Below are positions 36,526-48,332 of a DNA stretch of 64,000 nucleotides, one piece after another. Made by a program: the position numbers and the translations under genes. Position 1 is the first letter of the stretch. Each line of letters opens with the position of its first letter. Source of the stretch: Macrostomum lignano (lineage: Eukaryota); contig NIVC01000507.1 in NCBI GenBank assembly GCA_002269645.1, positions 372,001 to 436,000 on the forward strand, read 5' to 3'. Under the pieces are notes generated by a model. It worked only from the letters and a program-made list of their open reading frames with translations. It was not told the DNA's origin and made no database searches.

Positions 36526-39500
36526 TCAAATATAATTAGATAGCCAGCGGAAGGCCTCGCCGTAGCCTTGGCGTTTCAGAATGGAGCACATGAACAGCTC
36601 CAATGGTCTCTGGGCCAGCTCGTTACGGCTGCGAGCGTCGCTCTTGCCAGTGGTCCGGCCGTGCAGGCCCAGATAGTAGCGCAGCTCCTCCTCTGAGGCG
36701 GCACCCGGCTTGTCAATTTTATTGCCAAGCACGAGAATTGGGGCGCTGGCAACCTGCTCGTCAGCCAGTAGGTTGTCCAACTCTACGTGGGCCTCTTCGA
36801 GCCTGATGCAGAAGTAAAACAAGATTACTGTTAAAATGGTACCACAGATTAATAAGAAGGTACTGATAATAATATCTGAGAAGGAAGCTGAGCAGACACA
36901 AAGTTTGAGCATACCAGATAGAGTCAGGCTCTGCAGGCCACATGTGGGCTGTAGTTGTCTGACCCCTGACATTTGGTTACAGTTTACTTAGGAAAATTGT
37001 ATTTCCAAAGTCCCGGGATCACATTTGCACCCAAAATGTTAAAAATAGTGATCTTGTCCAACTTTTACCTAAAGCTAGGCCTATGGTACTAGGACCCCCA
37101 TTATAGCAAAACAAAAATTTGACTACTAAAAACAGATAACTAAGATTGTTAGCTCTATTTTTGACAAAACTAAGCATATTTAAGGTATATCTATACAAAG
37201 AACACTATGACACATATATAGTTTTAAATCTCCAAAAACATAAAAAATATATTTTTTTATTTTTGCTTTAAGAAAGTCTTCTAATTTATTAAAATGTTTG
37301 TACATACTAAATAAATATAGCATTGATACTGTAATGTAATTATAATACAAATTTTGAATTTTTTTTGCTTTATATGACTTTCATATTCTTGCTTTATATT
37401 TATAGACAATTTTGATCACATCTTTCCCTAATCCTATGTATTAATACTTTTGTATGACATTTTCATATATTGCTTTCATTGAATAAAGAAATTTCTATCA
37501 TATATGGAGCTGTATACTATGGCAATTTTAATATTTACCTTCTGTTATGCAAGAGTATCCCTATATATTTTTGAAATACTTCCAATTTTCCCATTTTTTC
37601 TGAAAAATACTCATTTCTACTAATCTACATTGTCTTCTCTATTCTGAAGGTAACTACAGCTGCTGATATCAATTCGTTTGATAGGATTATAATTTTTCTC
37701 CATGGAGATGTTTGATAACTTGCTGAATGTTTTATTTAAGCTTCATTACAATTCCCTCCTGGACCCCCTTAGTCTCCAAATTTATCTACCTAATCTACAA
37801 TAAACCCCCATGCCTCTATTGAAGTTTAGGTACATAAAATCAATCTCTATAAAGATTCTCTCCACCCTAAAACCCCTTATTTCTCATGCCTTGGTGGTTG
37901 GTGGTTGTCAGCCACCCCCCTTAGGTTCGAAATTTATCTACCTAATCTTCAATAGATCTCCATATCTCCATAGAAGTTTAGGCACATAAAATCTATCCTC
38001 ATGAAGATTCTCCCCACCCTAAAACCTCCCATTCCCTATGCCGTATTGTTTGTGGTTAATAGCCCACCCTGCCCCCCAGACTTGCCTCTTCCCTCAGCCT
38101 TTGAATTTATCTACCTAATCTTCAATAGACCTCCATGCCTCTATTGAAGTTTAGATGTGTAAAATCAATCCCTGTGAAGATTCTCCCCACCCTAAACCCC
38201 CCATTTCCTATGCCCCAGTAGTTGGCTTTAAGCTACAAAAAATGAAGCTTAAATTTGAAATCAGCACCATCAAAAACCCCTACAGAGACAAAATTATGAT
38301 CCTAACAAAACTGCAACTATTTTATCTATCTAAAGTTAAAGAAGTCCAAGATATATATAAATTCATAAAAAAATTAAATAATTGATTTATTTTACAAAAT
38401 ATTCTTAAACAAACATAGGATATTTATTATATAAATATAAATACACTGTAACTGTTGCCCTTTTGACAGTTGCCCTTTTGACCTGTAACCATCTTATATA
38501 CTAAAAGGAAGTGCTTATCCCCATGGTCCCCTGCCGATAATTCCAATTTTATCCACACGGATCCATATCAATAATTTTCAGCTTATCCCCACGGCTAAGA
38601 TTGTATAGTTGTTTGTGTTTAGTTTTGTGTACTGACATCAAATTGATATTATCATTATTATTAGTAATATTATCATTATTATTAGTAATATTATCATTAT
38701 TATTAGTAATATTATCATTATTATTAGTAATATTATCATTATTATTAGTAATATTATCATTATTATTAGTAATATTATCATTATTATTATATTTTGAATT
38801 TTGAATTTTGCTAGTCTCATTCGCCTTGATCTTTTGGTCATTTGGTTGTTTTAAGCAAAGCCGGCAGCTAAGCAAATTTAAAATTAACCCTTTTACAATG
38901 ACAAAAGTATTAACAAAGTACTCAATATTATACAGTATTCAGTACATGTAGTTTATTTGGAAGATTTGTAAAACAGTGAAAACAAAAAGACAGTTTTTGA
39001 ACAGATTCATTTTTAGGCTCTTTATTCTAATAAGCTGCCATGGAGTTAAGCTGTAAATTATTGACATGGATCCATGTGGATAAAATTGGAATTATTGACA
39101 TGGCCTATAGACTTTAATGGTGGCAGCTATTTCAATAAGCTGCCATGGGGATAAGCTAGAAATTATTGACATGGATCCATGTGGATAAAATTGGAATTAT
39201 AGAGATAAGCACTTCCATACTAAAAATGAGTTATTTGTATATGGGTATGCAATTGATATGAGCTAAGTTTGAGGAAAAAAAGCCATTGGTTTGTTTGTGA
39301 AACTGCAAGCTTAATGATAAAACTTGGCCATTAAATTAGTTTTTATATCTATAAAGTGTTATTTACTTTATAGTGAGAAATCATAAAAAGTGCTAAGAAA
39401 TTTCTTATAAAATGCTTTACTTTAAGAGAATTGAAATGAGAATTGAAAGACAACAAAGATAAGCTGTTTAAATATGTAAAATTTAAAACATTATTTGGGC

Positions 39501-40149
39501 CTATTTTTTTAAATCAAGTAATCTAAACTAAATGTTAAAAGTAAAACATATTATGGGGAAAAAATAGCTTATTATATTAGCTTCGAATTTTATCATTATT
39601 GTTTTGCCAGCTAGAACTTATAATTTTTTAATTTTCAAAATATAAAAGCATCTTTTGGCTATTGCACTGGATTGACTATATAGGCCCTAAACAAGTCATA
39701 TTTTGGAATGTGACTTGTCAGTTTTAAAAAAAAAACAATCCTTTGAAAAATATGAGTTTAACATTCTAAGGAAAACAGGATAATTTTTTATCTTTGACAA
39801 CAGTATTTTTATCTTTAAAGCAGACTTACCTTTGTCTGTCCCATGCATCAACAATAAAGACAATACCATCAACTGCAGGAAAATATGTCTTCCATACTTT
39901 CCTTGCTTGTTCATGACCACCAAGATCAAAGGTTGTAAACTTCATTCCACCAATTGATAGCTCTTCTGTTGTGGGATAAAGCGTTGGATTGTGTGTACCC
40001 ATACGATCGTCCTTGAGCATATGCAAAAGTGTAGTTTTTCCAGCATTGTCTAGTCCTAAAAAGACAAGCTTTCCGCTCTTTTTCCATAGGCCCAAATAGC
40101 CGAGAATTCCAGAAACGGAGCCGGATATCCAGTCCCACCAGCCGCTCAT
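36526..40149 (-). CDS. SAR1: SAR1 small GTPase (COPII), 198 aa
   Basis: Exons 40149-39830 and 36802-36526, phase 2. [20 protein letters not shown] and [20 protein letters not shown]. Confidence 0.97.
36975..38490. mobile_element. Possible non-autonomous TIR element (GGTTACAG...CTGTAACC) with internal ~120-bp repeats
   Basis: 8-bp inverted termini and three related units at 37740-38200; no TSD found. Confidence 0.35.
38507..39216. mobile_element. Mutator-like (MULE) MITE with long TIRs and 9-bp TSD ATACTAAAA
   Basis: GGAAGTGCTTATC...GATAAGCACTTCC; TSD at 38498-38506 and 39217-39225; ~85-bp TIR; internal 21-bp AT repeat at 38635-38790. Confidence 0.9.
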
Positions 40150-41843
40150 GATTGCTAAGTTAGTTTAAAAAATTACTTAAAATATAGAAATTTTTACTTA
40201 CAATCGGTATTTAAACTGGATGCTACGTAATTTACCAGTAAGTAACAATTTAAATTTATTTGATGACTCACGCAAAAGTTTCTGGAAAGTTTTGTAATAC
40301 ATTTAAAACAAATTTTATACAGATTGTAATGCAGCTAAAAATAAAGAATACTATACTTCTAGAAATTCAGGTAAAAAATTAATATGTATGAAAAATCAAC
40401 AGCTAAAGCTATTAACAATTTATTGAAAACGCTATGGGTTTGTTTTGGTGTATTTTCATAGCAGCCAGGTCTCATTGTAGTTACGAAAGTACTGACCGAA
40501 AAAACTATAAAACACCGGACAAAAAATTTAGATTTTTCATTTAAAGAATAGTTTATAAGTTTGGAAAAATTATTTATTTTTTCATGCGAATAAATACATG
40601 TACTCTTTAGTAATATATAAATATACTCAATACATACTTTCTGTATGTATTTCCCTGAAAACAATTTTAAAAAGTCCATATAGAAATACTTTCACAAAGA
40701 ATCATCGAGGGAACAGATCGTTAGTAAAATAGAAAGTAGAAATGACGAAATATTTAAATTTGAATCTGAACTTTACTTTTTTGTCAAGCTAATTACAAAT
40801 ACCACAAGAGCAAACTGACTGTAGTAAAATATATATAAATTATACTTTGGGGGAAAGCAACTTGCATCATCTGTACAGTTTGAACAAACTCATTCTGCCC
40901 TTCATTCTGCCCTGAAACTAAATGTTTATTACTTATTAAACAGGAAACAGTGTAAAAAACAGGTTTAAATGTCAAAAACCCTCATTTTCTTCAGCTCGTA
41001 TTTTAGTTACGAGAGTTGCGAGTTTATTACGTAAAAATTACGTGAAATTGTCAAGCGGGTGAGGATCTAATTAGCACACCCGGTGTGCAATGTGGCCGAC
41101 GCCTGCAACATCAATTATTAATATAAATTTTGCTGTTCAAAGAAAGTAGTGTAGTATAAGAATCAACAAAAAACTTGTAAAATATCGCAGCTTTTATACA
41201 AATTCTATTCAACCTTCTCGCCCCACCCCCCATGTAGTTGGCCGCTCGCGCGGACTTCTCGTCTGCAGCCACCGCTCGAACTAGAGGTAACCCCCAATTT
41301 ATTCGCTCACGAACAGGTGGCGTCTACACTGTTGATGGCCACATCCTTGGATCAGAAAACTTTTGAAGTCCAGAGGAGCTATAGTGACGACCAGCTGCTG
41401 GGCGTCAATTCGCTCGCATGCATTGGGCACAGGATTTTGGTAATATAATATCTCTCATATCACAAGAATGCAGATCTAGCTTTGGCGTAAATTCGTCAGG
41501 TGACCCGGCCAGTAGATCATAGGAGAAATCTAAGACCGTTCGAGGCTTTGATATAACCTAGTACTAATTGTAGTCGCTCTATAATTGTCATCATCGAGCT
41601 CAAGGAATAGAGCCATAGTCGGAGCACTTCTTAAGTTTCAGCTGAGCTAAAAGTTCTTCATTGTATAACTACGCTATGTCCACTTGATAAATGTATATAT
41701 ACAGCGTCCCACCTACATGTACATGCATGCACATGTGCACCACTTGTAAAGAATCAAAATCCTTATCCCAGATCCCCATTCTGACAACAACAAACAAAAA
41801 ATTGTAACCACACGCATGCAGTCAGTTTTATGGCAGCGCCCCG

Positions 41844-41897
41844 TGGCAGTGTCGGGTGCCCCAGCGTCGCACAGCAGGCAGTCCACGTATCGACGGG
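41844..41897 (-). mobile_element. 54-bp internal fragment of the RTE element at 8580-9010
   Basis: Matches 8685-8738 with one mismatch. Confidence 0.8.
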
Positions 41898-42308
41898 CCC
41901 CTCAAGGTGATCTATCTAATCTATCCATCTATCTTCAAATATACGAAATTAAATTTTTATTAGGATTTTTTTAACAAAGTGCAAAGATCGATCAAGCCGA
42001 CGTCACAGTGCAGATTTTACTATATTTTTCATTAGGGGACAAAAGTACACGCAGAATTCGTGCTATAGTGTCTCAAAAAATTTTATTAACTGCACTGAAT
42101 TCAAGATGTGCAGGTCAAAATTAAATTGCTTCGCTCGCATCCTGCACACCCATCAGAAGTCCCAGCGCAGATCCATACTAGAGAGAGGGCCGCTATAAAT
42201 CACGCCTTTGGCAGTGTTGAGCGAGCTGTAAAGTAGATAATTGAATAATCGAGAAGTCATCACTAACTGTAGATAAAACTAAATACATGCAGGTCGCAAT
42301 AACTATAC

Positions 42309-43630
42309 TTACTCTTCGGCCTTAGAAACCTGTTGATTAAAAATCGAATTTGTTTGAATCAACTGCGGCCAACTAAGGGACCTGCCGCGATGGCTGATTT
42401 GGGGCTGCTGGGGTGCGGCCGCATTGTTCCAGTTCTGAAGCCGCTGGTCACCGGCTGTTGCGAGGCTTGAGTTGGCCAATCTGAATGAGTTTATTGACAG
42501 ATGATTGATTTATTATTAATTGGCTAGTACATGTAGTGAACACCTGCACAGGAGCGTCTTTTTAGACAAGAAATAAAAACTGTTAGATAAAAGCATTACC
42601 GGTTGCTTGGGGAAAAACACCTGTTACCATGGCCACAGGTGAATTATCCAGGTGAAACACCTGCTACCCAGGTGAAACGATCCTGTTACCCAGGTAAAAC
42701 ACCCGTTGCCCTGGTGAAACACCTGTTACCACAGGGAAACACCTGTTACCATAGGTGAAACACATGTTGCCCAGGTGAAACACCCGTTGCCCAGGTGAAA
42801 CACCTGCTACCCATGTAAAACTCCTGTTACCTAGGGAAAACTCCTGTTATCCAGGTTAAACACCTGTTACCCAGATGAAACACCTGTTATCCAGGTGAAA
42901 CACCTGTTGCCCAGGTGAAACACCTGCTACCCAGGTGAAACACCTGTTGCCCAGGTGAAACACCTGCTACCCAGGTAAAACGATCCTGTTACCCAGGTAA
43001 AACACCCGTTGCCCAGGTGAAACACTTGTTACCCAGGTGAAACACCTGTTACCCAGTTGAAACACCTGTTACCCAGGTGAAACACCTGTTACCCAGGTGA
43101 AACACCTGTTACCCAGGTGAAACACATGCTACCCAGATGAAACACCTGTTACCCAGGTGAAACACCTGTTACCCAGGTGAAACACATGCTACCCAGATGA
43201 AACACCTGTTACCCAGGTAAAACACATGCTACCCAGATGAAACACCTGTTACCCAGGTGAAGCACCTGACTAACAGGGGCAACTGTCAGACATGTACGAG
43301 CTTAGATAAACAGCAGGAACTTTAAACAAACCTGTACAAACAAATAAAAAATCTTTCATATGAAAACAAAATAATTCACCTCGCTCTTTGCCAGCGCCTC
43401 GTAGCGCACGGCTGCTGCAGTTCGAGCACAGAGTCAGTCTGCAGTATCGAGCTCAAAGTTCTGTCAACGCCTCGCCGTCTTCGAGCTAAAATCAAGCGGC
43501 AAAGCCAGCGGAGCAGAAGCAGCAAAACAATTAACAGTAGGAGTCCTGCACAGGTGGCCATTGCTGCCTGCCACAGCAGATTAGCGCGATGACGCAGCAT
43601 CCTGTCATCAGCTGTTGTCATATTGCTCAC
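42309..43630 (-). CDS. Uncharacterised 140-aa single-pass membrane protein
   Basis: Exons 43630-43380 and 42480-42309, phase 2, GT-AG, open through to TAA. Hydrophobic AAMATCAGLLLLIVLLLLL followed by basic RWLCRLILARRRR. Confidence 0.55.
42615..43266. repeat. Minisatellite, 20-bp unit aacacctgttacccaggtga
   Basis: About 32 units in the intron; each has a CACCTG-N5-CAGGTG inverted pair. Confidence 0.95.
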
Positions 43631-44004
43631 GGGTCTGATCAGTGATCTGTCACTATTAAATCCGTGAGCCGTATATACCCCATCCCTATATATATCGCAC
43701 CGGTGATCGATTGCAAAGTATCATGCAGCCGGGCACTAAAAAGTGCACGTGCAAAAACAGGGTCCTTGCCACACGCCAGCAGTTTTACAATCTTAATTAA
43801 GTTTTTAAAAATGATCGATAGAGAATTAGGAGAAGTTTATCCAACAGCTGAGTAATTAATGGATAAACTTGCAATTCTTAGCTCCTACTTTACGAGCTCG
43901 TACCTTGTTGGTTGTATTTACAATACATGGCACACGTACATAGATATGCATTCTGAAGCGCCTGCGCTAAACATGCTATCTGCACAGGCATGTTTCTCTG
44001 ACAA

Positions 44005-45490
44005 GGGCGATTCTTCGGGACTGTCTAGGGCGATTTTTCGGGACTGTCTAGGGCGATTTTTCGGAACTGTCTAGGGCGATTTTTCGGAACTGTCTAGAGC
44101 GATTCTTCATGACTGTCTAGGGCGATTCTTCGGGACTGTCTAGGGCGATTTTTCGGAACTGTCTAGAGTGATTCTTCATGACTGTCTAGAGCGATTCTTC
44201 GGGATTGTCTAGGGCGATTCTTCGGGTCTGTCTAGGGCGATTTTTCGGAACTGTCTAGAGCGATTCTTCATGACTGTCTAGGGCGATTTTTCGGAACTGT
44301 TTAGGGCGATTATTCGGGACTGTCTAGGGCGATTCTTCATGACTGTCTAGGGCGATTTTTCGGAACTGTTTAGGGCGATTATTCGGGACTGTCTAGGGCG
44401 ATTCTTCATGACTGTCTAGGGCGATTCTTCGGGACTGTCTAGGGCGATTCTTCATGACTGTCTAGGGCGATTCTTCAAGACTGTCTAGGGCGATTTTTCG
44501 GAACTGTTTAGGGCGATTCTTCGGGACTGTCTAGAGCGATTCTTCGGAACTGTCTAGGGCGATTTTTCGGAACTGTCGAGTGATTCTTCATGACTGTCTA
44601 GAGCGATTATTCGGGACTGTCTAGGGCGATTTTTCGGAACTGTCTAGAGCGATTCTTCATGACTGTCTAGGGCGATTTTTCGGGACTGTCTAGGGCGATT
44701 TTTCGGAACTGTCTAGGGCGATTCTTCATGACTGTCTAGAGCGATTCTTCGGGACTGTCTAGGGCGATTTTTCGGAACTGTCTAGAGTGATTCTTCATGA
44801 CTGTCTAGAGCGATTCTTCGGGATTGTCTAGGGCGATTCTTCGGGTCTGTCTAGGGCGATTTTTCGGAACTGTCTAGAGCGATTCTTCATGACTGTCTAG
44901 GGCGATTTTTCGGAACTGTTTAGGGCGATTCTTCGGGACTGTCTAGAGCGATTCTTCGGAACTGTCTAGGGCGATTTTTCGGAACTGTCGAGTGATTCTT
45001 CATGACTGTCTAGGGCGATTTTTCGGGACTGTCTAGGGCGATTTTTCGGAACTGTCTAGGGCGATTCTTCGGGACTGTCTAGGGCGATTCTTCATGACTG
45101 TCTAGGGCGATTTTTCGGAACTGTTTAGGGCGATTATTCGGGACTGTCTAGGGCGATTCTTCATGACTGTCTAGGGCGATTCTTCGGGACTGTCTAGGGC
45201 GATTCTTCATGACTGTCTAGGGCGATTCTTCAAGACTGTCTAGGGCGATTTTTCGGAACTGTTTAGGGCGATTCTTCGGGACTGTCTAGAGCGATTCTTC
45301 GGAACTGTCTAGGGCGATTTTTCGGAACTGTCGAGTGATTCTTCATGACTGTCTAGGGCGATTTTTCGGGACTGTCTAGGGCGATTTTTCGGAACTGTCT
45401 AGGGCGATTCTTCGGGACTGTCTAGGGCAATTCTTCGGGACTGTCTAGGGTGATTCTTCGAAAATATTTGGAGCGATTTTTAAGGACTTC
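44005..45490. repeat. Satellite, 23-bp unit ctagggcgattcttcgggactgt, with higher-order blocks
   Basis: About 64 units in three variant classes. Confidence 0.97.
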
Positions 45491-46005
45491 TTAGGGTGAT
45501 TCTGAGACAGTTCTGTGAGACAACCGACAATCCGAAATCCCGACATGTTTTTCGATTTCCCGAATCGTCACTCGGCGGTCTGCATCGAGCAGCTTTCGGA
45601 CACTGGCCACAGTCGTGTCTGAGATGGACGAATTTGGACGGCCTTCACGTTCATCATCGTCCAGCTCCAGACAGCCGGAGCGGAATCGACCGAACCACTT
45701 GTACACCATCGTCTGGGATGGGGCTTCACTCTCAAGGGCCTTTTGAAGCGTCTGCAAGCATTCGGAGGCAGACAGGCCAAGCCGGAATTGGACCAGAATT
45801 GCGACTCGCCTGTCGCGCTCAGTCAGGCGCAGCACTGGAGCGGGGGTTACATCACTTCTTCGGCCACTGCGTCGCAACATTTTGGCCAAACTGGCTGAAA
45901 ATTTGTGTGAAAGGTGCCAATATCTGAAGGAATAAGTTCATAAAATTTCGTTTGATTCGCTTGAAGATAAGTTTGGTTTTCCGCGAACTTATTAAGCAGC
46001 CCTCG
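45491..46005 (-). mobile_element. Mariner 5' half (TIR plus HTH region of the transposase), truncated by satellite
   Basis: TA-CGAGGGCTGCTTAATAAGTTCGCGG TIR at 46007-45980. Open ORF 45889-45491 with QFRLGLSASECLQ, MVYKWFGRF, DDEREGRP and DRRVTIREI. Confidence 0.92.
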
Positions 46006-46844
46006 TAATAATAATAAAAGTAAAAAAGTTTTTTTTCAAAAAAACATGATTCCAGCTTTTAGAAGAAAAACACAAAAAGTACAACTTTATCGAATACGCA
46101 ACAAGATAACAATTTCATAAGTTAATATATTTATTTAATAATTCTTTCTGCAAATCGAAATACAATGTCCCTCCAAAACAATGTGTAAGAGCGCGATTAA
46201 AAAGCACTTATATCCAAGAGTAAATTAATCGATAATTAGTTAGATTTATTATTAATTTAGTCCGCATAAATTAAAAGTGCACAAATCAAGGTCAAAGGGA
46301 GCCACACTGATAATTAACATATTATGATATTATATTACCCAGGTGTGAAGACAAAGACGAGCCCAAAGGGTGGCGCAGCCAGAAAGCGATTACGGCTAAT
46401 AAAGTAATTAATCAGAGATAACAAATTAATTAACAGCATAGGGTGCAGCTTCAACTAATCAATAACGCTTACGGTACGTACTAGTATATAAGCGAAAACC
46501 AGGTAAAAATAATATTAATATTTAGCATACGATACTACTGAAGCGCAGTAAGGGCAGCATCGCTACAGCAGCAGGGAGTTCGCAGAATAAGCAAACAAAC
46601 AAATATAACTTTTATAACGAATGACCGCACAATATTACTAGTATTTCATTGAAATTGAAAATAGAAATAATATATGCATACATTTATACATCGCTTAATT
46701 TACATCAGAACTACTCGCGGTGTTCTGACAGTTTTATATAAACATTAGTTGTCAACCGAAAAAGGCACTGATTTTTATCTTCGATAGTTTTGCTTCTTGG
46801 AGACAGCACAGTTTGTAAGATATTTTTGGGAGGATCTGATAAAC

Positions 46845-47140
46845 TGGCATAGCAATTGAGGATCTGGGAGGCTGGACCAGCAACTGAGGATCGGGGAGGC
46901 TGCCCCAGCAACTGGGGATCTGGGAGGCTGGCCCAGCAAGTGAGGATCGGGGGAGGCTGGCCCAGCAACTAAGGATCTGGGAGGCTGGCACAGCAACTGA
47001 CACTCTGGGAGGCTGGCCCAGCAACTGGGGATCTGGGAGGCTGGCACAGCAACTGACACTCTGGGAGGCTGGCCCAGCAACTGGGGATCTGGGAGGCTGG
47101 CACAGCAACTGACACTCTGGGAGGCTGTGGCCCAGCAATT
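46845..47140. repeat. Minisatellite, 28-bp unit ggcccagcaactgaggatctgggaggct
   Basis: About 10 units; same unit as 50580-51148. Confidence 0.93.
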
Positions 47141-47694
47141 GAGGCTCTGTTAGAATGATTAAACCTCTTAATGAGCCTTACAAAAGTTCCCAAGCCTTAA
47201 TAAATACGCACACAGAAGCTGATTTTCAAACTGAATAAATAATGTGCAACTGAGCATTAACAAGATGTCGCACAACAACAGCAAAGCAACAAGTTTGATT
47301 CCGATTCCAGTCGAATGTGAGCTGACCATTGCGGTGAAAACTGCTATGAGCACAGAAAGCACATCAAATAAGAACTCAAACACGGAAAATAATTATGAAA
47401 TATTAATTCTTACTTTCAAAACAAGCAAATAAGAATTACTAAAGTGACAACTACATGAGCAAAACAGATTAAAGCGTACAGTCTCAAGTAGGCAATTTTT
47501 GGATGGGGTAAAATTATAATCAGCATATAGACTTGGTAACAATAGTTAAACTGCAAAACGATCCAACTACAGTCTAAGTATATTTTGTTAATTAAGTTAA
47601 TTACGAAAGTTAAACAAAAATAATATAAAATCTTTGTTTAAATAATGCACTCCTACAGTACAAAAATATTTTTAAATTCATAAAGTTATAACTG

Positions 47695-48175
47695 GTGAAC
47701 CCCTGGTATCAGATTAACCTAACCGGTGAATCCCAGGTATCATAGATAAACCCAACCGGTGAATCCCATGTATCATAGATAAACCTAACCGGTGAATCCC
47801 AGGTATCATAGATTTACCTAACCGGTAAATCCCAGGTATCATATGTTAACCTAACCGGTAAATCCCAGGTATCATATGTTAACCTAACCGGTAAATCCCA
47901 GGTATCATAGATTTACCTAACCGGTAAATCCCAGGTGTCATATGTTAACCTAACCGGTGAATCCCAGGTGTCATATGTTAACCTAACCGGTGAATCCCAG
48001 GTATCATATGTTAACCTAACCGGTGAAATCCATGTGTCATAGATAAACCTAACCGGAGAATCCCAGGTATCATATGTTAACATAACCAGCGAACCCCAGG
48101 AATCAGAGATTAACCTAACCGGTAAATTCCAGGTATCATATGTTAACCTAACCGGTGAATCCCAGGTATCATAGA
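47695..48175. repeat. Minisatellite, ~33-bp unit aacctaaccggtgaatcccaggtatcatatgtt
   Basis: About 14 units. Confidence 0.93.
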
Positions 48176-48332
48176 TTGCAGAACAAATTACAAGTAACTG
48201 TCAAACTGTCAGTGTTCAGTGGCTTCAAAAAAAGAAAATCTTTCAATATTCTGTCTCGATTCGATTAAAACAGACAAACTAACATTAATGAATACAGATA
48301 TAATAGACATAAATGTACTTATAAACATACTC

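Noticed and set aside
38601-38841. Hydrophobic (LLLVILS)n and (IIMIILL)n ORFs
   Set aside because: A 21-bp AT repeat inside a MULE MITE.
9046-42398. 15-nt match acctgccgcgatggc at ~9046 and ~42384
   Set aside because: A match of this length is expected by chance in 64 kb, and the flanks do not align.
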